Source: Strigamia acuminata (lineage: Eukaryota). Taken from it: DNA of 64,000 nt. Shown piece after piece: positions 26,804 through 39,973 of this stretch (position 1 is the first letter of the stretch; every line of letters begins with the position of its first letter). The stretch covers positions 21,576,001 through 21,640,000 of the forward strand of contig OX442314.1 in NCBI GenBank assembly GCA_949358305.1, in the 5' to 3' direction. Below the pieces are notes generated by a model. It saw only the letters and a program-made list of their open reading frames with translations. It was not told the DNA's origin and did not search any database. The translations under genes were made by a program, and so were the position numbers.

Positions 26804-27058
26804 GATATGACGTCTTCCAGTACATGGTTGATTGATTCCACAGTCCTTCGGGACGCACGGGACACACAGTCATGATAATTGATAAGCTTAACTTAGATAA
26901 AGTTCAGTCGAACAAATAAAAAATTAATATAATTTAGGATATTGTTGATAACTACTTGTTTTGCAACTAGTTACTGCAGCCGATAGTTTATATGTATGAT
27001 CGTTTATACAGATAATCACGTCATTTCATAATTGTTGTTGCAGTTATTAGCAGGAGCA

Positions 27059-29263
27059 ATGTCGAATTTTGAGTCGTATTTGTCTTATATCGACAACAAC
27101 TTGCAGACACAATTACTTATTACTGTAACAGTACTCTTTGTATCTAGATTAGTATTGGGATACCTGAGCACTCCTAAAAATTTGCCCCCGGGACCATGGG
27201 GCATACCATTTTTTGGATACTTACTATTCTTTGGTAAAAATCCACCCATGACGATTGCTAACTTGAGAAAACGCTATGGCGATATAATTAGGTAATTCCG
27301 TAATTTAATTCATTTCAGAAGTAAGTTTTTTCTTATGTTTATTGTACATTTTTAAATTTTTGCGTCGCATCTGCTGACAGCAAGATGCAATTCATTGTCA
27401 ATAGACCGATAGATGACTTATCTCATTTTATCAAGTGATAATGTTTCTTTATTAGTTTGTTTATTTATTTATTTAGAATCAATATGGGGTCTGAATATGC
27501 GATTTGTTTAACATCATACAAAGCTATTAAAGAAGCCTTAGTAAAACAAGCCGATATTTTTGCAGACCGGCCGCCTCACCACATTCCGGTTGAATTAAAA
27601 GACACCCCAGGTGTGTTTGTATGAATTCTTGTTAATTTTAAATATAATTTTTGGGACGTGTCGCTTTTAAGGTATTCTAAGAAGCAGCGGTGATCTGTGG
27701 CTTCAACTTCGACGCTTTACACTCACAAACACGCGTGATTTTGGACTTGGAAGATCGACTTTTGAGCCACGAATTATGGTAATCATTTCTGAGTTTGTAT
27801 ATTGTTTCGTAAAAAATTGCAAGAACTTTTTCTCTTTTGTGCAGGATGAAATTCATCACCTTGTGCAGGAGTTTGGCGCTTTCAAAGGGCAGCCGATACC
27901 AAATATAGGAGAGTTAATTCATAAAAGTGTAACGAATTTGGTTTCCATGATCATTTTCGGCGAACGTTTCGAATATAACGACAAACAGTTTATTCAATTC
28001 TTACGTTCAACTAAAGAGCATTTCCGAAGAATAGGGATCGATAGAGTTGCGAGTCTCTTTTCACCACTAGCCGTAAAAGCCCTAAGATTGAAGTTACCTA
28101 TGTACGTATACAATTTACCCATTGAAACGTTGAATTACTAACACTATTTTAATTATTCTACGCTGAATAATTCGTACAGAACGCCTGCTGAAGGCATGAT
28201 AAAAGTTCTTTCGGATAAGGTGGAGAAATATGAAGCGAAACATGCAGCAAATAACCAGGAATCCAGAGATAATTTTATCGATGCTTGGTTCACGCAATCA
28301 TTAAGAAAGAAAAATCCGACGACTAAATATTTAACAAGTATTCCAAACTTAACTATCGTTCATCTTCTGATTGTGCGCCCGTGCATAATTTGCAACAAAA
28401 AAATTTCTTCCGCGCGCAATTGGAGGAATGGACAATTGGAAGATATACGGTAACAATAACATGGTGTAACTTATTTCTTACCGGAAATATGTCACATTCC
28501 TTTCAGAATCACACTTGACGATCGTTTTATTTGACTTGTTTATTGCTGGAAGCGAAACGTCAACAAATACGCTAGAGTGGGGTTTACTGCACATGATTAA
28601 CAATCCGACTATACAGGCTAGAGTGCACGAAGAAATTGATCATGTTATTGGAAAAGAACGAATTCCTTCTATGTCTGATCAAAAATTAATGCCGTATACT
28701 GAAGCAACTATAATGGAAATAAATCGAATTACTACTGTTGTGCCCTTATCTATTATTCATCGGTATATAAATAGATAAATTTTTGCCTAAAGTTTCAGAA
28801 GTGGTATGTAGAAATGTTTCTGTTAATATTATAGCAATAATGCGGACACCGAACTGTTGGGAAAATTTATTCCAAAAGGATCAACCGTCATTACGAATCT
28901 GTGGGGTGTTCATCATGATCCAGAAATATTTCCTGATCCTGAGGAATTTAAACCCGAACGATTTTTAACCGATGATGGACAAATAAGACGAGCTGTGGAG
29001 TATATTCCATTTTCTATGGGTAAGCTAATGAAAACGGAACTGCATAAGTTCTATAGTTTGCAATATTTGTGATTGGAAATTGTTTCGCAGGGAAGCGTCA
29101 GTGCGTCGGTGAAGCGCTGGCAAAAATGGAATTGTTCCTCTTTTTTACCTCCATGTTGCAACATTTTACTTTTAAAAAAGTAAACGAGACAATCGATTTT
29201 GATTACGATTACTGTCTTGTGACCATGCCGAAGACTCAACCCATTTATGCTATACCACGTTAA
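27059..29263 (+). CDS. Cytochrome P450, CYP2 clan, copy A (8 exons)
   Basis: TM anchor, PPGPWGIP hinge, WLQLRRF C-helix, AGSETS I-helix, EINR K-helix, PERF, FSMGKRQCVG heme motif; GT-AG introns in frame. Confidence 0.93.
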
Positions 29264-30135
29264 AGTTTGCGTGTATTCTAACCATATAACCATTTAAAAA
29301 ATACTTACAGGGATAAAATTTTACTATAAATTCACTATAAACTATAATTTCTCATGTACGGTACGGACGGACCAATCATTATAAACCAAATAAACCAAAT
29401 AAAATACAATTAAATAGAGAAAAATAAAATAAAATAAATTGAACTAAATTATGATTTAGTATATCTTTATTCTGAAACTGAAGAAAACAAAACTTGCCAA
29501 ACAAAATCACTCAGTCCAGCGCCACCAAATCAGAATAACAAACACCGGTATATGTAAAAAAAATATAACCAATTAAAACTATATTAAGGCTAGTTCACAA
29601 TGCTGTGAATTATTGTTCACAATGATTTTCTGAAGAAACCGTTTTTTTTTGTGATTTTTTGAATGGGATGCTAAATTCTTTTTGCCCGCCCAACTCACTT
29701 AAGGCAATTAGCGTGGTGGCCAAATCAAAGACGAATACTGGAGAAGTCGTCCGTGGCCAAATGCACTTGTGCCAAGTAGCGCATATTCAAATGGACATAA
29801 CTTTTGGCCCATTTAAGTTAAATTTTTTTTTTTTTTTAAATAAAGTCCAATGTTTGTTCTTTAAGCTGCATTTATTTGTTTTGATTAGAAGCATTTTTTA
29901 GGGTTTGAATTTCACCATTTTATTTTTTGCAACATTAAAAAATACATGTGGCCCAATACACATGGGTGCGGGTAGTAAATCGAAATTTATATCAAATATA
30001 ACGCCATTCTGGTCCCCTAGGAAATATATAAACGTTTATATTTATTTATTTCCTATTGGCAAAAGTATTTACTTTAATACATATAAAGTACGTAACTGTC
30101 ACAAAGCGTTAGCGAAACATTTAACAACACGAGCA

Positions 30136-30400
30136 ATGTCGAGTTTTGAGTTATATTTATCCTATATCTATAAACAACATTCAGGGGCGGATCTACATAG
30201 GGGCTAATAGGGCTTGAGCCCCGGGCCCCCAAATTCTAGGGGGCCCCCAAGACGCAGGGTCATGTACTAAAAAAAAAAAAAAAAAAAAAAAAGGTCGCTA
30301 AAAAACAAAAAAGATAAAAGGTCGCTATTAAAAATTTCGATAAAGGGGCCCCGAAAATCTAGATCCGCCCCTGACAACATTACAACATTACTTTCCTCTG
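30136..30400 (+). pseudogene. Relic of P450 exon 1 start, interrupted by a hAT MITE
   Basis: CACGAGCAATGTCGAGTTTTGAGTTATATTTATCCTATATC resembles the start of copy B (CACGAGCAATGTCGAATTTTGAGTCGTATTTGTCTTATATC); no downstream exons. Confidence 0.7.
30182..30373. mobile_element. hAT-type MITE
   Basis: Perfect 14-bp TIR CAGGGGCGGATCTA; 8-bp TSD ACAACATT. Confidence 0.9.
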
Positions 30401-30614
30401 TTCCGATGACCGATATAACGTTGTCCTATTTCCAGCCGTGTCACTGGTGTAGTGGCACAAAAAAGTAGTTCAAACACCAGAATTACCGAGAATTACCAAC
30501 ACTTGTTTCATTATCAAAGGTGATGCTTTGACACAGAACTTCTTTTCCACGTATTAGAGCACAGTCCACATTAGGCGTAATTTGGCTCGAAAATAGGACA
30601 ATGTTCCTCTAGGC

Positions 30615-30921
30615 CAAGGTTTCCCAAACGGTGAAGCGCGCCTCACTCAAGGTTACTTGAATACTACTGGTGGGGCGCATGCACCCATCATACATGCCTA
30701 AATAAAACAAGCTTATTTTGCAAACTTTTGTAAATTTTTAACCAAAATTATATAAAATTATATAAAATATTTCCACAGTTTTATGCAAATTTATATTAAA
30801 ATTTTTTTTTTTTTTTTTAGTAGTAAATTTTTTTTAAAAATGTAGATGATATGAAGTGGGGCACAGAAGATCGCCTTGCTTAAAAAGTGGGGCGCGATGC
30901 TAAAAAGTTTGGGAACCCCTG
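30615..30921. mobile_element. hAT (Charlie-like) MITE
   Basis: TIRs CAAGGTTTCCCAAAC / GTTTGGGAACCCCTG; 8-bp TSD CTCTAGGC. Confidence 0.85.
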
Positions 30922-31091
30922 CTCTAGGCAAACTCCAGCAGAATAAAAAAAAAATTAAGTGAAATTAGAATTTTTTTTTATAAGTACTTGTTGTGCAACC
31001 AGTTGCTGCAGCTGATAGTGTATGATCGTTTATACAGATAATCACGTCATTCCAAAATTGTTGTTGCAGTTATTAACACGACACACGAGCA

Positions 31092-34000
31092 ATGTCGAAT
31101 TTTGAGTCGTATTTGTCTTATATCGACAAAAACTTGCAGACACAATTACTTATTACTGTCACAGTACTCTTTGTATCTAGATTAGTATTGGGATACCTGA
31201 GGACTCCTAAAAATTTGCCTCCAGGACCATGGGGCATACCGTTTTTTGGATACTTACTATTCTTTGGTAAAAATCCACCCATGACGATTGCTAACTTGAG
31301 AAAACGCTATGGCGATATAATTAGGTAATTCCGAAATTTAATTCATGTCAGAGGTAAGTTTTTTCTTATATTTACTGTACATTTTAATATTTTTGCGTCG
31401 CATCTGCTGACAGCAATGTGTGATTAATTGTCACAGACTGATAGATAGCTTATCTCAATTTATCAAGTGATAATGTTTCTTTATTAGTTTGTTTATTTAT
31501 TTATTCAGAATCAATATGGGGTCTGAATATGCGATTTGTTTAACATCATACAAAGCTATTAAAGAAGCCTTAGTAAAACAAGCCGATATTTTTGCAGAAC
31601 GGCCACCTCATCACATTCCGGTTGAATTAAAAGATACCCCAGGTGTGTTTGTATGAATTCTTGTTAATTTTATGATGAATATCTGAAGATTGAGATGGAT
31701 GTGGTGAATTGAGACAATGTTAGCATAAAACCAGTAGTGGGTCCATTAAAGTTTATTTACGGTATAAGCACAGTACGCCAGGTTGCGCTCGTACATTAAT
31801 GATGGTGATGCGTACTAGGGGCGATATTCCTATGCGCCACAGTGTGATTCGCGCCTAGGTATATTTGACATGCACAATTCAATTGTATGAATTAGCGCGA
31901 CATGTCACTTAAAGGAGGGCGTGCTGAGTACTGAGCGCGACATCGCATTCTAGCATGTGCGACATATAATGTGACGCAACTACACGTCTAAATTGCTTGA
32001 CGCGACATGTTGCAATTATACGTGGCAAGACATGAGGTATGCACTGAACGATCGCAGAGTATTATGCGTCACAGAGAAATATCCCAACATAAAAAAGATG
32101 CGCTCTGCAGCGTGATTGATTGATTCTGTTGCTAAGTCAAAACGTAGCTTGCAATATTATTATGTTTAAATAATATTGTGTTTATTCTTAAACAATTGGA
32201 AAATATTTCATTACAACACAACAGGGAATAAAACGAGAAACTGAAGTTTAATATTATTAAGCTTCTTTGGAAATATGGTGCTCACTCAAATGCGTATATT
32301 TGAGGTCACCACAGTATAAAAGCGATGTCGCCCCACACTATGTGTGTGGTATGCGTAAACGCGACATCGTGTTTTTGCATACACTAATACATGACTAACA
32401 TTAAATAAAAGTCTGATGAATAATCACAACAATTGGAACCACTGCCTCTAGTATTGCAATTCGCGTCACGTTTTATGAACTTGTTGCGCATCGTAATATC
32501 TACATGTCGCGCCATGTTATATAATTGCGTTATATAACATATAAATGTTATATAACATAAATGTTTTCTTAAACTTTACGATGTTGCGCCAGGCAATACC
32601 ACCGACATCTGTTACACAACTACCCAGATGCCTAGGTGCGAATTTGACTGTCGCGCCAACCCATGTTGCTTGTACTACGCATCACCATGCGTGGGATGCT
32701 ACTTGCCGTGCAAATGTTTAGCCCACTGAGGTAGTGGTCAGAGTAGCAGAACTAGCCGCTCAGGTGCAAGCTCAAGTTGAGACCGAGGATGCTGTCCAGT
32801 AACCGGGGCAACAGGGGCTGTGTGTTGTTTGTCTCCTGGCAAACAGAAGCACTTTAATGTTGCCCTGTGCGCATGCATATTTTTGTGCAGCCTGCAGCGA
32901 GTGCGTCACGACAACTGCACAAACCGAGAGGAGGACTCCAAGGTGGTCCTACTGCAGGGCAAATGTGCAGTCAACACTGCGTATATTCATGTAGGCTTGT
33001 GAGTGTTAGTAAGTACATACAACAAATTAATTAAAATGAAAATTAAAACTGTAATGTCGATACGATTATTAGGCACGACGTCGTGCTTCTGAATCGCATC
33101 TGTATTCACGAGCGCGATGTTGTGCTCTTGATTAAAATCAAGAAGCAACAAAAAAAACATACGAATACGTTATGTCTATTACCAGGCGCGACGTCGCTCT
33201 TAAGAATCGCACATGTATGCAGAAGCGCAACGTCGCTCTTCTACATGTCACACTCACTTCGCAGTACGGCGGCCAATTAATGACATCACAGAAACTCATA
33301 ATATTTTAAAAATAATTTTTGGGATGTGTCACTTGTAAGGTCTTCTAAGAAGCAGCGGTGATCTGTGGCTTCAACTTCGACGCTTTACACTCACAAATAC
33401 GCGTGATTTTGGACTTGGAAGATTGCAATTTGAGCCACGAATTATGGTAAACATTTCTGAGTAAGTATTATTTTGTAAAAAATTGCAATTACTTTTTCTC
33501 TTTTGTGCAGGATGAAATTCATCACTTTGTGACGGAAATTGACGCTTTCAAAGGGCAGCCGATACCAAATATAAGAGAGGTTACTCATAAAAGTGTAACG
33601 AATTTGGTTTCCATGATCATTTTCGGCGAACGTTTCGATTACAACGACAAACAGTTTATTGAATTCTTAAGTTCAAGTAAAGAACATTTCCGGAGAATTG
33701 GGATCGATAGACTCGTGGGTCTCTTTTCACCACTAGTCGCAAAAGTCTTACGATTAAAATCACCTGTGTACGTACACGATTTACTCAATGAAATTGAGTT
33801 GTTAGCGTTTGTTTAATCATGGTGCACTGTATAATTCGTATAGACCGCCTGCTGTTGGCATGATAAAAGTTCTTTCGGATATGGTGGTGAAACATGAAGC
33901 GAAACATGCAGCAAATAACCAGGAATCCAGAGATAATTTCATCGATGCTTGGTTCACACAATCATTAAGAAAGAAAAATCCGACGACTAAATATTTAACA

Positions 34001-36894
34001 AGTACAGTATTCCAAACTTGCCTCTGATCTGTTTGTATTCGAAGCAGCACATCGAATTTGCTGTTAATTGGTGATAAATCACCAACTAACAGCAAATATT
34101 CGGGGTGTAGTGATAACCAGGGGTTACGTCATCTGTTTCAGATTCACACTTGACGATCGTTTTATTTGACTTGTTTATCGCTGGAAGTGAGACGTCAACA
34201 AATACGCTAGAGTGGGGTTTACTGCACATGATGAACCATCCGAATATACAAGATAAAGTGCATGAAGAAATTGATCGTGTTATTGGAAAAGAACGAATTC
34301 CTTCTATGTCCGATCAGGAATTAATGCCGTACACCGAAGCAACTTTAATGGAAATTAGTAGACTTACTTCTGTTTTGCCCGTAGCTCTTATTCACCGGTA
34401 AATAAACAATTTTTTTTATTATATACAGTAATTTTAGATGTGATATGTAGAAATGTTTCTGTTAATATTATAGCAATAATGCAGACACCGAACTGTTGGG
34501 AAAATTTATCCCAAAAGGATCAACCGTCATTACGAATCTGTGGAGTGTTCATCATGATCCAGAAATATTTCCTGATCCTGAGGAATTTAAACCCGAACGA
34601 TTTTTAACTGAAGATGGAAAAATAATACGAGCTGAAGAGTATATTCCATTTTCTTTGGGTAAGCCAATGAAAACGGGACTGCACAAGTTCTATTCACAAG
34701 GTCGAAGATAGGTTTCATGTATTTTTCCGGTGGTGGCGCTCTAATCGCGCCGCCATTACATGGCTGCAACTGCTCAGAATAACATATGTTATTATTCTAC
34801 CGTATGAACTGAGTGCGATCTAATGCGATTCGTTTCGACTCATCCGAGATTTAGTCATGTTTGGATTATGGAGTGAAGCACTTAAAATAATTTACAACTC
34901 ATAAATAAGAATAAGGGGATTTACTTTTTAAAAATTATTATATTATTATAAAAAAAAATTAGCCTGAAAAGTGTCAATTTTTAAACTGAAAAGTAGCAAT
35001 TTTTATGCTGAAAATGGCAATTTTTAGACTATAAAACGGCAACGACACGGTGTTGGTGGCAAATAGTAAAAAAAAAAACAAGAAAAGGTGATGATCACGT
35101 AGACGACGGCTGCAATGAAAATGTCCAAGTGCGTGTTGAATGTCGGCGATACCAATGTCAATGAAACGTTGCTGGATTCACCTTCCTCGTGACTGTGTCC
35201 ACGTTGTCAGTATTCCAGTTTGATTTCTGGATCCACGTAGAACAGCGAAAGTGGGTTTTATCGGCGGTCTCATAAAACTAATCGGCAGCTGGAAGCTGTC
35301 AGTTGTCAATTATCAGTTGTGGACTTTCGCGGCCGTCTGTTGTGGACTTTCGCGGCCGTCAGTTGTCGAGTGTCGCGGCCGTCAGTTGTCGAGTGTCGCG
35401 GCCGTCAGTTGTGGACTGTTGCGGCCATCACTTGTGGACTGTTGCGGCCATCACTTGTGGACTTTCGCGGCCGTCAATTGTCGATTGTCGCGGCCGTCAG
35501 TTGTAGACCGTCGCGGCCGTCAATTGTCGACTGTCAACAGTTGACAACTAACGGCTGACTGCCGTCGATACGGCCGCGACAATCGACGGTTGACAACAAA
35601 CGGCTGACGACCGTCGATACGGCCGCGACAATCGACGACGACCGTCGATACGGCCGCGACAATCGACGGTTGACAACTAACGGCTGACTGCCGTCGATAC
35701 GGCCGCGACAATCGACGGTTGACAACAAACGGCTGACGACCGTCGATACGGCCGCGACAGTTGCGACAGTCGACGGCTGCGACAGTTCCTGTTCTTTGTG
35801 GAACCAGAAATTAAACTGGAATACTGACAACGTGCGCACAGTCACGAAGAAGGTGAATTCAGCAACATTTCACTCACATTGGCATCGTTGACATTCAACA
35901 CGCACTTGGACATTTTCATTGCAGCCGTCGTCTATGTGATCGTCACCTTTTCCTGTTTTTTACTATTCGCCACCAACACCATGTCCAACACCATTTTATA
36001 GCCTAAAAGTTGCCATTTTTTAGCCTATTTCCGCCCTAAAAATTGCCATTTCTAGCATAAAAATTGCTACTTTTAGCCTAAAAATTAGGCAGTGGCTACG
36101 TTCATGTCCGACGTGAACGTATTATTTTCATGACACGCTGTGATTGGCTGAGACCCATTGATGTCGATTCGTTTCCTCAACATAAGTTTTCTCTAATTCG
36201 ATGTTCTCGAGGTTTTAGCTTCTCTTTTTCTTACAAGGGGGGTCTACGACCCCTCTTGAGCCCCCCAGACCTAACCTTATCCGTTTTTAGCAAAGTCGAC
36301 GAAATGAGGATTTTCATCAATGTATTTCAATGCATCTCTCAACCAATCACAGCGCGTCATGAAAATAAATACGTTCACGTCGGACATGAACATAGCCACT
36401 TCGTAAAAATTAATACTTTTCAGGCTAAAATTTTTTATAATAAAATAATAATTTTTAAAAAATAAATCCTCTTAGTTTTATTTATGAGTTTAAATTATTT
36501 TAAGTGCTTCACTCCATAATCCAAACTGGACCAAATCTCGGACGGGTCGAAACGAATCGCATCACATCGCACTCAATACATATAATATCATATGTTATTC
36601 TGAGCAGTTGCAGCCATGTAATGGCGGCCGACTTTGGCGCCCTCTGTGGCGCTTTTTGAAATTTCAGGGTCTCGACCTTGTGAATAGTTTGCTATATTTT
36701 TGAATGGAAATTGTTTCGCAGGGAAGCGTCGGTGCATGGGTGAATCGCTGGCAAAAATGGAATTGTTCCTCTTTTTTACCTCCATGTTGCAACATTTTAC
36801 TTTTAAAAAAGTAAACGAGACAATCGATTTTGATTTCGATTACGGGCTTGTGACCATGCCGAAGACTCAACCCATGTTTGCTATACCACGTTGA
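31092..36894 (+). CDS. Cytochrome P450, CYP2 clan, copy B (8 exons; introns 2 and 7 expanded by insertions)
   Basis: Exons homologous to copy A and in frame; heme motif FSLGKRRCMG. Confidence 0.9.
31672..33302 (+). mobile_element. ~1.6-kb insertion in intron 2 of copy B, with GCGCGACAT-type dispersed repeats and a decayed RING-finger ORF
   Basis: Absent from copy A intron 2 (~60 nt); homologous to ~40553-42452; boundaries approximate. Confidence 0.65.
34694..36683. mobile_element. ~2-kb foldback (near-fully palindromic) DNA element in intron 7 of copy B, with an internal inverted minisatellite
   Basis: Termini TCACAAGGTCGA / TCGACCTTGTGA; arms align through to a central palindrome TGTCAACAGTTGACA (35532-35546); AT duplication relative to the empty site CTATAG in copy A. 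Confidence 0.85.
36088..36403. mobile_element. Nested Mutator-like MITE
   Basis: ~65-bp TIRs (AGTGGCTACGTTCATGTCCGACGTGAACGT...); 9-bp TSD TAAAAATTA. Confidence 0.85.
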
Positions 36895-37232
36895 AGTTTG
36901 AGTTTAATCTATAAATACTGTTACGTATTTACTAATCAATAATGCAGAGAAATATTGTGACTCGAATTCTATCCATTGTAATTATCACTTTAATAGTTGC
37001 TAAGCAACACACAGTGTACACAAATCTACTTGAAGAGTAATAAACAACAGGTCTCATCCGCCATGCCGGATTGAAACATACCAAACCTTTCAACCATCAA
37101 ATTCCGAGTCGTTTTTCCTTAGCTGAGCAGCTACATATACATATGTACGCATGACGCGAGGATCCAAATCTCAACATGAGAAAACAACAAATACATTGCT
37201 GCAGTGATATAATCATACAATAAACTAAAATA

Positions 37233-37481
37233 CCGTATTTTACCGCTTAAGAGTCGCCCTCGAATTGTAGCCGCTATCAAATACCGTATTTTTGTAAAAG
37301 TACGGAATTGTTTCCGTATTTAACCTCACAAACGATGAACGTACCCGTACGCTTCGTTCGTGACGTTCAGACTTTGTTTGTTACATTAAACAAACGTAAT
37401 GAACAAAATACCGAAATTGTAATTGCTGACAAAAATTGCAGTTTTGAATAAGAGCCGCGGCTCTTAATCGACAAAATACGG
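37233..37481. mobile_element. pogo/Tc1-like MITE in the P450 3' flank (second, internally deleted copy at ~45355-45538)
   Basis: TA|CCGTATTTT ... AAAATACGG|TA. Confidence 0.7.
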
Positions 37482-37935
37482 TATCAATTTTTTTTATTGT
37501 TGAATCCATGAATAAATGTATATTTTGGTGGATTGCCCCCCCCCCCTTTCAGTTTTTCTCCACTCCAATAATGATACTTTAATTAGGCTTAAAAATTCAC
37601 TTGTAAGGTGCAAATATGGAGTTGTTTTTTTTTAAATCGAACAATTTCATCTACAATTTATTTTTCAAAAAGTAAAATAATAATAAAAATGCACATCAGT
37701 AAATTTTATTTAATCAACATATTTTATTTATTGCTTTCTGTATGATTTTTCTGTAAAGATAGGGATGAGCTCATTGGTTGGTTGTAAGAACCATCATTAT
37801 TATGGAAGTACATCTGTGTACTGATAAATGATTGGTCCAAATGTTGGTACATAGTCACACCATACACACCATGGTGGCAATTTTTGAAAGTATTTTGAAT
37901 GTTCAACGCAAGGTTACTTGAATACTATAGGTTAT

Positions 37936-39060
37936 GGTGTAGGACCACATTTGCGATCGCCAAATTTGCGATCGCTAAAATTGGTTCTAAATTTGCGACG
38001 TCCCAAATTTGCGACGAATTAAAAATAAAATAAAATAATAAAATAATCCCAAATTTGCGATGGACCAAATTTGCGACGTCCCAAATTTGCGACGTCCCAA
38101 ATTTGCGACGTCCCAAATTTGCGATGCACATTATTATTAAATCCCTCCCAACAATGCGACCTCTCAAATTTGCGATAGAGACTGAAAATGATCGAAATTG
38201 AACAAAAAATGACTGAAATTGATTATTGAACAAAAAACGACCGAAAATGGTCATTTTTGGGTGGTTTTGTTCATTTCTGATCATTTTCAGTGATTTTCGG
38301 TAGCATTGCCGAGAATCGGTTTTAGCGTGGGAAGGGATTCGTGTTAAGGAGGAAGCCATCTTTTAAGAATAGATACGCGGACGACGGCAAAAACGATTGG
38401 AAACAATCACGCCGACGACGGCAAAGGCGAATGAAACAATGATATCAATTGGTGTTGTTGAACAGGTTAAATACGCCTTTGCCGTCGTCGGCGTGATTGT
38501 TTCCAATCGTTTTTGCCGTCGTCCGCGTATCTATTCTTAAAAGATGGCTTCCTCCTTAACACGAATCCCTTCCCACGCTAAAACCGATTCTCGGCAATGC
38601 TACCGAAAATCACTGAAAATGATCAGAAATGAACAAAACCACCCAAAAATGACCACAAAACCATCCAAAAATGACCGAAAACCACCAAATAATAACCAAA
38701 AACTTGCCCATAACTTTAGTCTTAATCATTAAAAAATTTCACACTTGATTTGCTGTTATTTTCTGTTATAATCGATACATTTACGGCCAATTTAGGTCGT
38801 TTTGCCACGATTTCAGTCATTTTTGGTTGTTTTTTGGTCACTTTTTGGTGTTTTTTGTTCAATTCCGATCATTTTCGGTCTCTATCGCAAATTTGAAAGG
38901 TCGCATTGTTGGGAGGGATTTAATAATAATGTGCATCGCAAATTTGGGACGTCGCAAATTTGGGTCGTCGCAAATTTGGGACGTCGCAAATTTGGTCCGC
39001 GCAAATTTGGTCCGCGCAAATTTAGGATCGCAATTTTAGCGATCGCAAATCTGACGATCG
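37936..39060. mobile_element. Foldback/Mutator-like element with 16-bp subterminal repeats (TCCCAAATTTGCGACG) and a perfect central 182-bp inverted repeat
   Basis: Outer arms ~37945-38215 vs ~38810-39060 inverted; inner arms 38248-38429 and 38474-38655; right end truncated. Confidence 0.75.
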
Positions 39061-39382
39061 GTATATAAATAGATAATTTTTTGCTTAAAGTTTCAGAAAT
39101 GTTTCTGCTAATATTATAGCAATAATGCAGACACCGAACTGTTGGGAAAATTTATTCCAAAAGGATTAACTGTCATAACGAATCTGTGGGATGTTCATCA
39201 TGATCCAGAAATATTTCCTGATCCTGAGGAATTTAAACCCGAACGATTTTTAACTGAAGATGGAAAAATAAAACGAGATGAAGAGTATATTCCATTTTCT
39301 ATGGGTAAGCCCATGAAAACGAAACTGCATTAGTTTACAATATTTGTGATTGGAAATTGTTTCGCAGAGAAGCGTCAGTGCG
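39061..39382 (+). pseudogene. Truncated P450 copy C (A-like intron 6, exon 7 and start of exon 8 only)
   Basis: Exon 7 at 39120-39304; heme motif altered to FSMEKRQC and then broken off; intron sequences match copy A. Confidence 0.85.
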
Positions 39383-39973
39383 CGAACACTTGCCATCGCC
39401 ATCGTACGCCGAACGGACGCCTGCCCAACGTGAACTACCGCCACCGCGCCGTCGTACGCCGAGCAGAAAAGCTCACGAGAACCATCGTCTCCGAACGACG
39501 TAGTCTTCGAACAACAACCGTTGTTTAAGCGCCATTACGACGCTTTGCGCATGCAACAAGCCGTTGCGCGCCAATTTCATTGTTCTTTTATTCCTTTGCG
39601 ACTTGTCGCCTATTATTCCATTATTCTCGTATTATTCTCTGATATTTATTGTAAAACCGTTTAATAAACATTGTGTGCATTTGAATTGATAAAAACTGTG
39701 TCTTTTTATTTTCTCTATAAATTAACCCTAGATAATTTAAGGCCGCGATATAAGTCTCAAGTAGCATTCACCTGCGGTAACTCGAGCTTATTAATTAGTA
39801 ATTTGCTTGAAATAACCCGGATCGCAGCAAAGCAAAGTCCAGCAGAATAAAAAAAAATTAAGTGAAATTAGAATTTTTTTGGATAAGTACTTATTGTGCA
39901 ACCAGTTGCTGCAGCTGATAGTGTATGATCGTTCCAAAATTGTTGTTGCAGTTATTAACACGACACAGGAGCA

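Noticed and set aside
35251..35845. Multiple ORFs with repeated SRPS/AAVS peptides
   Set aside because: Translation of the stop-poor minisatellite in the foldback element.
37925..39068. Duplicate ORFs MASSLTRIPSH... on both strands
   Set aside because: By-product of the inverted repeat; no protein motif.
39383..39780. Possible solo LTR breaking pseudogene C (GC-rich stretch, then AATAAA)
   Set aside because: No TG...CA ends or TSD identifiable; left unclassified.
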